Positions 1 to 6,721 of a DNA stretch of 51,262 nucleotides are shown in pieces (the first letter of the stretch is position 1; every line of letters begins with the position of its first letter). The DNA is from Coriobacteriia bacterium (GTDB lineage: Bacteria > Actinomycetota > Coriobacteriia > Anaerosomatales > PALSA-660), in NCBI GenBank assembly GCA_025361505.1, contig JANYKZ010000077.1, forward strand, positions 1-51,262, read 5' to 3'. The position numbers and the translations under genes are program-made. The notes under the pieces are model-generated. The model was not told the DNA's origin. It made no database searches and saw nothing but the letters and a program-made list of their open reading frames with translations.

Positions 1-19
1 TGTTGCTCCTATGTCAATC

Positions 20-1102
20 CTACACGGCGACGGCGACCTCCGCCGCCCGGAAGCGACCCGTGACGACGCGCCCCGATGCGGCCGATCGCTCAGCCCGAAG
101 CATCGTCTTGAACACGACCCTGGCCAGCTGCCGCTTCAGACACCGCAGCGCCTCGCGGTAGCTCATGCCTGCCGCCTGCTTGCGCTGCATGTAGGTGATC
201 GCCGGCGGGTGCATCCGCGCCTGGGTGACGGCGATCATGTGGATGGTGGAGTTCAGGCTTCGGTTGCCGCATCTGTTGAGGCGGTGACGGTTGCTTTGCC
301 CTGACGAGGCCGGCAGTGGCGCCACCCCGACGTGCATCGCGAACGCCGCCTCGCCACTGAAACGCGAGGCACCCGCGGTCTGTCCCACGAGCTGCGCGGC
401 GCACAGCGCCGAGCATCCCGGGATCTCAAGCAGCGCCGGAGCGAGCTCCTGCATCCGGATGGCGATCTCGCGCTCGAGTGAGCGGATCTCTTTCGTCAGC
501 TCGCGGCACCGCATCAGCTGGTCGAGCGCGATGCGGCGGCGGACGCTCTCGGGAAGGGCCACCAAGACGTCTTGGAGGCGATCGAGCCACACGTAGCGGT
601 CGAGCACCCGGGGCGGCAGTATGAGCCCGATCTCGAGGTCGTGACAGTTCCAGCGCAGCCTCTTCTGGATGCGTTTGCGCTCGTCGACCAGGGTGTCGCG
701 GTGGTCGACAAGCAGCCGGACGTCGTGTTCTGGGCCGGTCAGTGACGCCTCGGGAAGGCTCGGCTCCCGCAGGGCTGCTCTGGCCACGCACTCGGCGTCG
801 ATCGGGTCGGACTTGCCGTAGCAGCGCGCGGAGTGCCTGGCTCCCGCCATCATCTTGGGTGGCACCCGCACGACTCGCTCGCCCCTCGGGATCAGGTGCC
901 GCTCGAGGCGCCCCGAGACGTGCCGGCAGTCCTCGATGGCGAAGTAGTGGTCGCCGGGAAGCGCGCGTGCCCACACAAGCAACTCGTCGTGTCCGGCGTC
1001 GGAGCAGGTCACCGTCCGCTCGCCGAGTGCGCGGCCCGTGGCTGCGTCGAGCGCCACGGCGGTGTGGGTCTTCATGTGCGGATCGATCCCGATTACGATC
1101 AT
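20..1102 (-). CDS. IS110-family transposase/recombinase (DEDD RuvC-like domain plus C-terminal Tnp domain)
   Basis: MIVIGIDPH, AIED, GKSDPIDA, IPG, GVAPLPASSG and RLNRCGNRSL motifs. SD-like GGAAGGGG before the ATG at 1102. Confidence 0.95.
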   Translation of the reverse strand: MIVIGIDPHMKTHTAVALDAATGRALGERTVTCSDAGHDELLVWARALPGDHYFAIEDCRHVSGRLERHLIPRGERVVRVPPKMMAGARHSARCYGKSDPIDAECVARAALREPSLPEASLTGPEHDVRLLVDHRDTLVDERKRIQKRLRWNCHDLEIGLILPPRVLDRYVWLDRLQDVLVALPESVRRRIALDQLMRCRELTKEIRSLEREIAIRMQELAPALLEIPGCSALCAAQLVGQTAGASRFSGEAAFAMHVGVAPLPASSGQSNRHRLNRCGNRSLNSTIHMIAVTQARMHPPAITYMQRKQAAGMSYREALRCLKRQLARVVFKTMLRAERSAASGRVVTGRFRAAEVAVAV

Positions 1103-1109
1103 GCCTGCC

Positions 1110-1325
1110 CCTTCCGTCGGCCTTACCCGATGGTGGGGACCGCTGGCGGACACGCCTTAGCGGGGGCCTATTGGCCAGGCTCCTATCAGGTCACGTCGGC
1201 GACCCCTCGGTTCCCGGCGACGGAGGACGAAACAGCGGAAGGTCAACCCCACAAGGGGTGACAGAAGCGATTCGGGTCACTCCGTCGTCGGGACCGAGGC
1301 TACCTGACTCAAGGTCAGGAATCCC
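1110..1325 (-). ncRNA. Putative IS110 bridge RNA
   Basis: 5' hairpin (1303-1319), long stem with large internal loop (1205-1299), and a second loop carrying ATAGGAGCCT and CTAAGGC, which match the predicted circle junction ATAGGAGCCTTAG. RNA ends are approximate. Confidence 0.7.
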
Positions 1326-1347
1326 ACGAGCGCAGAGTGACACTAAG

Positions 1348-1363
1348 GATGCGCTTGTTCTGC
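1348..1363 (-). other. attC site, 5' part (R'' and start of L''), interrupted by IS110; remainder at 1-4 and beyond the window
   Basis: GCAGAAC-AAGCG-CATC resembles the sibling sites. R'' GCAGAAC is the exact complement of GTTCTGC at the start of this cassette. Confidence 0.8.
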
Positions 1364-1382
1364 ACGGCGGAATCGCACGCTA

Positions 1383-1703
1383 CTACCCAGCCGCAGTCGA
1401 GTATCCCTCATCGTGAAGCGCCTGGAGCAGCGCCTTGCGGTTGAAACTCCAGAAGAGAACATAGGGCGGGACCTTCGAGGAATCGTGCACTACCACGACT
1501 CCGTGGAAACCCGGAGGCGACCAAGCTGGGCCGAGGAGTCTGACCCGTCGTACTTGGGCGTGCGGAAGTCGGTACTCGGTCCCGCTGAGTCTCACCGTGA
1601 TGGCATCAGACCCGACGCAGAAGGTGGCGAACGGCCAAGTCGCGCCATGAGAGGACCAGAATCCTCGTCCGACTCGCGCTCCACCCCGCTGGATAAGACT
1701 CAA
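1383..1703 (-). CDS. Gene-cassette hypothetical protein (cassette 3)
   Basis: TTG start with G-rich SD just after the attC core at 1722-1728; fills the cassette. Confidence 0.7.
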   Translation of the reverse strand: MSLIQRGGARVGRGFWSSHGATWPFATFCVGSDAITVRLSGTEYRLPHAQVRRVRLLGPAWSPPGFHGVVVVHDSSKVPPYVLFWSFNRKALLQALHDEGYSTAAG

Positions 1704-1721
1704 GATGCCCCCGGTCGTCCT

Positions 1722-1807
1722 GCAGAACGTTGGGCGCGTCAGCGGTGGACTGCGCCGTTTCCTTGTTGCTCAGAGCCTACGCCACCCGCTGGACGCGCTT
1801 GTTCGGT
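1722..1807 (-). other. attC recombination site (86 bp)
   Basis: ACCGAAC AAGCG CGTCCAGCGG...CCGCTGACGCG CCCAAC GTTCTGC: imperfect palindrome with R''/L''/L'/R' layout and an extra base in L''. Confidence 0.85.
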
Positions 1808-2080
1808 GAGCGCCTCGTGCTCGTGGAGCCAGGTAGCTCCGTTCTTGGTGATCCGCAGATATGGGACGAAGACAATCTCCGCGTGCTTCCCCACGGCAGC
1901 ATCGTACTCAGCCACCGCGTAGGTCGGCCCGCACTCGCGCCACTGCACGCAGGGGGCCTGGTTCGGAGGCTCGTCCCAGGGAATGGTCGCGAGGCGTTCA
2001 AGTTCAGCCATGGCCTCGGCAAACGACTCGAACTCCCCAAAGCCCCAGGCATCATGCATCTCGTCGATGATCACGAACAC
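1739..2080 (-). CDS. Gene-cassette hypothetical protein (cassette 2)
   Basis: GTG start after AGGAAGGGGG; acidic protein with PWDEPPNQAPCVQWRECG; stop codon lies inside its attC. Confidence 0.7.
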   Translation of the reverse strand: MFVIIDEMHDAWGFGEFESFAEAMAELERLATIPWDEPPNQAPCVQWRECGPTYAVAEYDAAVGKHAEIVFVPYLRITKNGATWLHEHEALTEQARPAGGVGSEQQGNGAVHR

Positions 2081-2107
2081 CGCAACACCACCCCCTTCCT
2101 GCGTCGC

Positions 2108-2193
2108 ACCGAACGTCTGGCGCGTAACCTCCGCGCTCATTTCCCTGCATTGTGCGCTTGCCAAGACGCGTGAGGTTGACGCGCTTGTTCGAC
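2108..2193 (-). other. attC recombination site (86 bp)
   Basis: GTCGAAC AAGCG CGTCAACCTC...GAGGTTACGCG CCAGAC GTTCGGT: same architecture as 1722-1807. Confidence 0.85.
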
Positions 2194-2208
2194 GTGCTCG
2201 GTGCAGCC

Positions 2209-2472
2209 CTACCTGGGTGCAACGCTCGAGAGAAGAGCGAACAGGACCCCGGCCAGAATCGCCCAAACGACGATCTTGCCCACCAGACCGGCGCGCTTGA
2301 TCGCAACGTACTGGAAGAACCCAGCGTCGCGCATGCGCTCGCCCATCCAGCCGCCGTACGCCTCAGACACTACGATCTCGTCCCTGGTGAGGTCACGCTC
2401 GGGATGAGGAACCGGGCGCTCGGCAGGCGGCGGCTCGGCGCTGCTATCTCGGTTCCAGAAGTCGTCGTCCAT
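2209..2472 (-). CDS. Gene-cassette small membrane protein (cassette 1)
   Basis: ATG after GGGGGAC; MDDDFWN start; C-terminal hydrophobic helix IVVWAILAGVLFALL. Confidence 0.65.
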   Translation of the reverse strand: MDDDFWNRDSSAEPPPAERPVPHPERDLTRDEIVVSEAYGGWMGERMRDAGFFQYVAIKRAGLVGKIVVWAILAGVLFALLSSVAPR

Positions 2473-2499
2473 CGAGTCCCCCGACCATGCCAGTGTCAC

Positions 2500-2535
2500 G
2501 TCGAACAATGCTTCTACGGTCTGGATAACAACCAA
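2500..2535 (-). other. Candidate attI-like site at the head of the cassette array
   Basis: GTTCGAC (2506-2500) complements R'' GTCGAAC of the first cassette's attC. The sequence upstream is AT-richer and not an attC hairpin. Confidence 0.5.
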
Positions 2536-2549
2536 GATTCCCCAGAGCC

Positions 2550-2578
2550 ACTATGGCGGTTGCCATGTAAGAAGTCAC
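2550..2578 (-). promoter_or_regulatory. Candidate cassette promoter (Pc-like)
   Basis: GTGACT-N17-CATAGT pointing into the array. Confidence 0.3.
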
Positions 2579-2800
2579 TCGAAGTCCTGATCCATCCGCC
2601 TTCCTCGTCGCCGACTCGCCACGATCGGCCGGCATGGACCGGACCCGATCGCCCGCGAGACCGTGTGCGACCTGCCGGCGGCGAGAGATCGATGTCGTGG
2701 TCGGCCTGAAACCTGCGTCGCTCGGGGACGATGCGCTGTGGCAGGAATCGGGAATCTCATCTGGGACGGACGAGAAGACTCAGGAAGCGAGGCGGTTCCC

Positions 2801-2989
2801 GTGAGCGACAACATGAACAGAGGTGCGCAGGCAGGTGGCGGCGCGGTCTACGGCTTGGGAATGATCGGCGCGGCCGTGTACTTCATCCAGCACGCTGCGA
2901 GCTTCGGCGACGGGGTGCTGGGCGTCCTGAAGGCGATCGTCTGGCCGGCGTTCCTCATCTACCAGGCGCTAGGCGCCCTCAAGATGTAG
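2801..2989 (+). CDS. Small two-helix membrane protein
   Basis: GAGG then GTG (alternative ATG at 2813); [19 protein letters not shown]...[14 protein letters not shown]; typical high-GC3 codon usage. Confidence 0.75.
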   Translation: MSDNMNRGAQAGGGAVYGLGMIGAAVYFIQHAASFGDGVLGVLKAIVWPAFLIYQALGALKM

Positions 2990-3362
2990 GACCCGGCAGC
3001 CGTTCGGCCCTTCGCTCGACCACGCGGTTCGCGCCGTCCACGAACACGGCACACGGCTTCCAGACCCGCGCCTCGGCGTCGTCGAGCGAGACGAAGGTGG
3101 CGATGATCACGAGGTCGCCGGCGTGCACGAGGTGGGCTGCTGCTCCGTTGACGCAGACCACACCGGAGCCGCGCTCCCCTGCCAGGGCGTAGGTGGTCAG
3201 GCGCGCGGCGTTGGTGACGTCCCAGATCTCGACGGCCTCGCCCTCGAGGATCCCCGCGGCGTCGAGCAGGTCCCGGTCGACGGTGACGCTGCCCTCGTAG
3301 TCCAGGTCCGCTGCGGTCACCGTGGCGCGGTGGATCTTGCCTCCCAGCATCGTGCGTCTCAT
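2979..3362 (-). CDS. panD: Aspartate 1-decarboxylase
   Basis: [12 protein letters not shown] autocleavage site, [16 protein letters not shown]. Confidence 0.95.
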   Translation of the reverse strand: MRRTMLGGKIHRATVTAADLDYEGSVTVDRDLLDAAGILEGEAVEIWDVTNAARLTTYALAGERGSGVVCVNGAAAHLVHAGDLVIIATFVSLDDAEARVWKPCAVFVDGANRVVERRAERLPGPTS

Positions 3363-3399
3363 CGAGTCCCCTTTCCCGGGTACCCGCCGCGCCGCGGTC

Positions 3400-3460
3400 G
3401 AGTCTCGGTCTCAGGTACGGATCGTTCGCGTGCAGCCCAACGGGCGACCGAGCCGGGCCG
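3400..3460 (-). ncRNA. Possible pan-motif-like cis-regulatory RNA upstream of panD
   Basis: CTCGGTC/GACCGAG stem enclosing a GCCC-GTT-GGGC hairpin and GATCCGTACCTGA, in the 5' leader of a pantothenate gene. Family match is from memory. Confidence 0.4.
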
Positions 3461-3518
3461 TGTCATCAGCAAACGAGGGGCCGCCCGCCGCGCGAAGGCC
3501 ACTCGCCTCGTGCCGACG

Positions 3519-4148
3519 CTACCGGATCCCTCCGGCTCCCGCCCGCATCGCGAGCACCCCGAACACCGCGAGCGCGGCGCCCGACACCCTCGTGACCCAC
3601 AGCAGCGTGCGCTCCCCGACCCGCTCGCGCAGCGCGCCCACGGCGGTGACGAGTACCAGCCACCACAGGAGGGAGCCGCCGAACACGCCGGCAACGGTCA
3701 CTGCGGGCACCGCCCAGCCGCCTCCCGACACGACCAGCCCCGCCCCCGCGAAGATCCCTGCGAAGGCCAGGATCGTCTGCGGGTTGGCTAGCGTGAGCCC
3801 GAGCGCCGAGCCGTAGACGCGCAGGAGCGGCTTCGCGCCGTCGTCCTCGACGCAGGGTCGCGGGTGGGACAGCATCGCTCGAACGCCCAGGTACACGAGG
3901 AACGCGCCGCCGACGAGCCGCACCCACGGCTGCGCTCCGGTGAGCGCGCCGGTGAGCGCGGTCAGCCCGAACGCGGCGATCGCCGCGTAGAGCGCGTCGG
4001 CGGTCGCGATGCCGGCGCCCGTCGCGTACCCGCTCGCCCGCCCGCGCGACAGCGTGCGCTCGACGCAGCGCAGCGCCATCGCCCCTACAGGCGCGGCGAC
4101 GAGCAGTCCGATCCCGAGCGCCCGCGCGAACGCGGAGGCGAGCGTCAC
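3519..4148 (-). CDS. LysE/RhtB-family amino acid exporter
   Basis: AAPVG, G.ATADALY, GGAFLVYLG, LTLANP; about six TM helices. Confidence 0.9.
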   Translation of the reverse strand: MTLASAFARALGIGLLVAAPVGAMALRCVERTLSRGRASGYATGAGIATADALYAAIAAFGLTALTGALTGAQPWVRLVGGAFLVYLGVRAMLSHPRPCVEDDGAKPLLRVYGSALGLTLANPQTILAFAGIFAGAGLVVSGGGWAVPAVTVAGVFGGSLLWWLVLVTAVGALRERVGERTLLWVTRVSGAALAVFGVLAMRAGAGGIR

Positions 4149-4606
4149 GGCCGCGCCTCGGGAAGCCGGACGACGACCGACTCCTTCACCGTCGACAGCA
4201 CGACCGTCGTGCGCGTGCGCGCCACGCCGGGCACTCCCTTGAGCACGTTGCTCACGAGGTGCTCCAGCTCGGCGGTCCCTCCGCAGCGCACCTTGAGGAC
4301 GTAGTCGTCCTCACCCGCGGTGTGATGGCACTCCTGGACTTCAACGGTGTCGTTCACCAGCCGCAGGAACTCGGCGCGCGCGTCGGGACCGCTCAGGCTC
4401 ACCGCGACGAGCGCCGTCAGATGCGCTCCCACGGTCGCGCCGTTCACGAGCGCCGCGTATCCCGTGATCACACCGCGTTCCTCGAGCCGGTGCACGCGCT
4501 CGGCGACGGCGGGAGCCGACAGCCCGGTGCGCTGCGCGAGGTCAGCCCAGGACATGCGGCCCTCCTCCATCAGCGTGGTGAGGACCTCACGGTCGATGGT
4601 ATCCAT
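4145..4606 (-). CDS. Lrp/AsnC-family transcriptional regulator
   Basis: MDTIDREVL...LSAPAVAERVHRLEERGVITGY; ECHHTAGEDDYVLKV. Confidence 0.95.
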   Translation of the reverse strand: MDTIDREVLTTLMEEGRMSWADLAQRTGLSAPAVAERVHRLEERGVITGYAALVNGATVGAHLTALVAVSLSGPDARAEFLRLVNDTVEVQECHHTAGEDDYVLKVRCGGTAELEHLVSNVLKGVPGVARTRTTVVLSTVKESVVVRLPEARP

Positions 4607-4647
4607 GGCGCGCTTCCTTCGAATCGTTTGTGCTATTGCCCTACACC

Positions 4648-5112
4648 CTACGATTCGATGTTGGCAGCGTCAACCACTCTCAGGTCCGCAGCCGTGGCCC
4701 GGTCCTTCCGGATGCCCCGGATCGACCGAACCGAGGCCACGATGAGCAGGATCACCAGGATGAGGAGCTCCAGCGCGTAGATCGAGGTCAGCCGGCTGAG
4801 CGTGTCGTTACCGGGCCAGCGCTGAGTGAGCATCCATGCGTACCACGGGATCCACTGGACGACCATGAATCCCGCCAGTGCGGCGGTCACGAGGGACCAG
4901 CGCATCGACACCCCGCTCCATCGCCGGGTCAGCAACGCCAGCGCGATGGCGAGGACGGGAGTGAAGTCGGCGAGCGGGCCGATCCCGGCCGCCACGGCCA
5001 TCGTGGTCAGCATGGACCAGACCACGAACGGGATCGCCAAGCCGAACAGCCACACGCCCCAATGCGGTGCAGGGTGCCGCGCGGCAGACTCCCTCGGACC
5101 GGCCATGGCCAC
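4648..5112 (-). CDS. Hypothetical membrane protein
   Basis: About four hydrophobic segments; collinear with its neighbours. Confidence 0.6.
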   Translation of the reverse strand: MAMAGPRESAARHPAPHWGVWLFGLAIPFVVWSMLTTMAVAAGIGPLADFTPVLAIALALLTRRWSGVSMRWSLVTAALAGFMVVQWIPWYAWMLTQRWPGNDTLSRLTSIYALELLILVILLIVASVRSIRGIRKDRATAADLRVVDAANIES

Positions 5113-5150
5113 ATCCCTCTATGTCGTCGTATCCCTACGCGACAGCACGC

Positions 5151-5975
5151 TCAGAACGAGACGATGATCCCGCCCTCGCCGGCGTACGTCGCCATCGCAG
5201 CGCCCATCTCGTTGACGACCAGACCGCGCGGATGGCAGCACTCGGTGATGGAGGCCCTGAGGGCCTCCACGTCCTCGAGGTTCCCGCAGTGCGTGATGCC
5301 GACCTCGCGGTCGGACAGGTCGGGGCGCAGGTCGCGCATCCGCGCCATCGCACGCTCCATCAGTCTCCGTCGACCGTGCACCTTCTCCAGCAGCACGACC
5401 TCGCCCTCGTCGTTGTGCAGCAGCACGCGGATGTCGAGCACCTTGGACACGCTCCCCTGGAAACGGCTCAGGCGACCGCCCCTCACGATGTTCTCGAGCG
5501 TGTTGAGCAGCACGAGCGTGTTCAGGGAGTCCCGGTACGCGGTGAGCTCGGCCACGATCTCGGGCACGGGGCGCCCCGCCGCAGCCAGCTCGCAGGCCGT
5601 GAGCACCTGAAGACCGTGACCGATCGACGCGCTGAGGGTGTCGAAGACCGTGACGTCCGCGCCCGAGAGGGCCGCGGCGAGGCCGGCCGTCTGGTACGTC
5701 CCGCTCAGCTTCGACGAGACGGTGAGGCACAGGATCGGACCGTCGGCCCCGAGAGCCTCGAACGTCTCCTCGAACGCCGCAGGTGACGGCTGTGACGTCT
5801 TGGGCAGCTGCGCGCTGTGCGACATCTTCGCGAGGAACTCCGCGGGAGTGATGTCGACGCCCTCGAGGTAGTCGACGCCGTCGATCTCCACCGCCATAGG
5901 GACGACGGCTACGCCCCATCGTTCCAGCAGGCCCTTCGGCAGGTCGCACGAACTGTCGGTGACGATGCGTGTCAT
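5151..5975 (-). CDS. DegV-family fatty acid-binding protein
   Basis: IVTDSSCDLP, PKTSQPS, SSKLSGTYQ, GGRLS. Confidence 0.95.
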   Translation of the reverse strand: MTRIVTDSSCDLPKGLLERWGVAVVPMAVEIDGVDYLEGVDITPAEFLAKMSHSAQLPKTSQPSPAAFEETFEALGADGPILCLTVSSKLSGTYQTAGLAAALSGADVTVFDTLSASIGHGLQVLTACELAAAGRPVPEIVAELTAYRDSLNTLVLLNTLENIVRGGRLSRFQGSVSKVLDIRVLLHNDEGEVVLLEKVHGRRRLMERAMARMRDLRPDLSDREVGITHCGNLEDVEALRASITECCHPRGLVVNEMGAAMATYAGEGGIIVSF

Positions 5976-6076
5976 CCCGGCTCCCCCGTCCGCTTCCTCC
6001 CTGACAGGGTACCCCTCCTTAGGACGGCGCCTTTGCAAGGGCTATGATTCCCACTTCACACAGCGAAAGGGATCCC

Positions 6077-6664
6077 ATGAAGAAGTCGCTCGGAGCCAAG
6101 ACGCTCCTCTACCCCACCCCCGTCCTCGTGGTCGGCACCTATGACGAGAACGGTCGCGCGAACGCCATGACCGCCGCCTGGGGCGGCGTCGCGTCCTCCC
6201 GGCCGCCGTGCGTATCAGTGTCGCTTCGGGCGGCGACCGCTTCCCACGGCGCCATCATGGCGCGCCGCGCGTTCACGATCAGCATCCCGGGTGAGAGCGA
6301 CGCCGCGGCCGCCGACTTCTTCGGCATCGTGTCGGGCCGTGACCACGACAAGTTCGCGGAGAGCGGTCTCACGCCCGTGCGAAGCGACCTCGTCGACGCG
6401 CCCTACGTGGGCGAGTTCCCCTTGGTGCTCGAGTGCAGAGTCGTCGAAGTGCACGAACTCGGCCTCCACACGCAGTTCATCGGCGAGGTCCTCGACGCGA
6501 AGATCGACGAGTCCATGCTCACCGGAGACGGACACGTGGACGTCGAGCGTCTCCGCCCGATCCTGTTCGCCATGAACCCCGGGACGTACTACGGGATCGG
6601 CGAACTGGTCGGGAAGGCGTACACGATCGGCAAGGAAGTCGGAGGGTCGACTCCCGGCGAGTAG
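6077..6664 (+). CDS. Flavin reductase-like (flavoredoxin/DIM6-NTAB) protein
   Basis: LYPTPVLVVGT, NAMTAAWGG, SGRDHDKF, LEC, HTQFIGEV. Confidence 0.9.
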   Translation: MKKSLGAKTLLYPTPVLVVGTYDENGRANAMTAAWGGVASSRPPCVSVSLRAATASHGAIMARRAFTISIPGESDAAAADFFGIVSGRDHDKFAESGLTPVRSDLVDAPYVGEFPLVLECRVVEVHELGLHTQFIGEVLDAKIDESMLTGDGHVDVERLRPILFAMNPGTYYGIGELVGKAYTIGKEVGGSTPGE

Positions 6665-6684
6665 CGACAGCGCGGCCGAGAACC

Positions 6685-6714
6685 GTAAGGTTGGCGCGGG
6701 GATTGCGTCTTACC
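6685..6714 (+). promoter_or_regulatory. Putative ECF sigma promoter (autoregulatory)
   Basis: GTAAGG-N15-CGTCTTACC, repeated at 8079-8108. Confidence 0.65.
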
Positions 6715-6721
6715 GGACATC

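Larger units (their letters stand above)
5..1348 (-). mobile_element. IS110-family insertion sequence (long 5' non-coding end, no terminal inverted repeats seen), inserted in an attC site
   Basis: Contains an IS110 transposase. Minus-strand left end CCTTAGTG (from 1348) and right end TTGACATAGGAGC (to 5). Removing the element with one shared C restores attC sequence GCAGAACAAGCGCATCAACA. Confidence 0.85.

Noticed and set aside
4-1352. Alternative IS ends using a shared GCA core
   Set aside because: It gives a junction (ATAGGAGCATCCTTAG) that fits the RNA guides worse and an empty site lacking the attC L'' TC seen in the sibling sites.
1722-2193. Repeats as a CRISPR array or simple terminators
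   Set aside because: The units are 86-bp imperfect palindromes separated by whole genes, with cassette-specific core complementarity. No cas genes or short spacers occur anywhere in the window.
2152-2800. Integrase remnant upstream of the array
   Set aside because: No tyrosine-recombinase or IntI motifs in the plus-strand frames.
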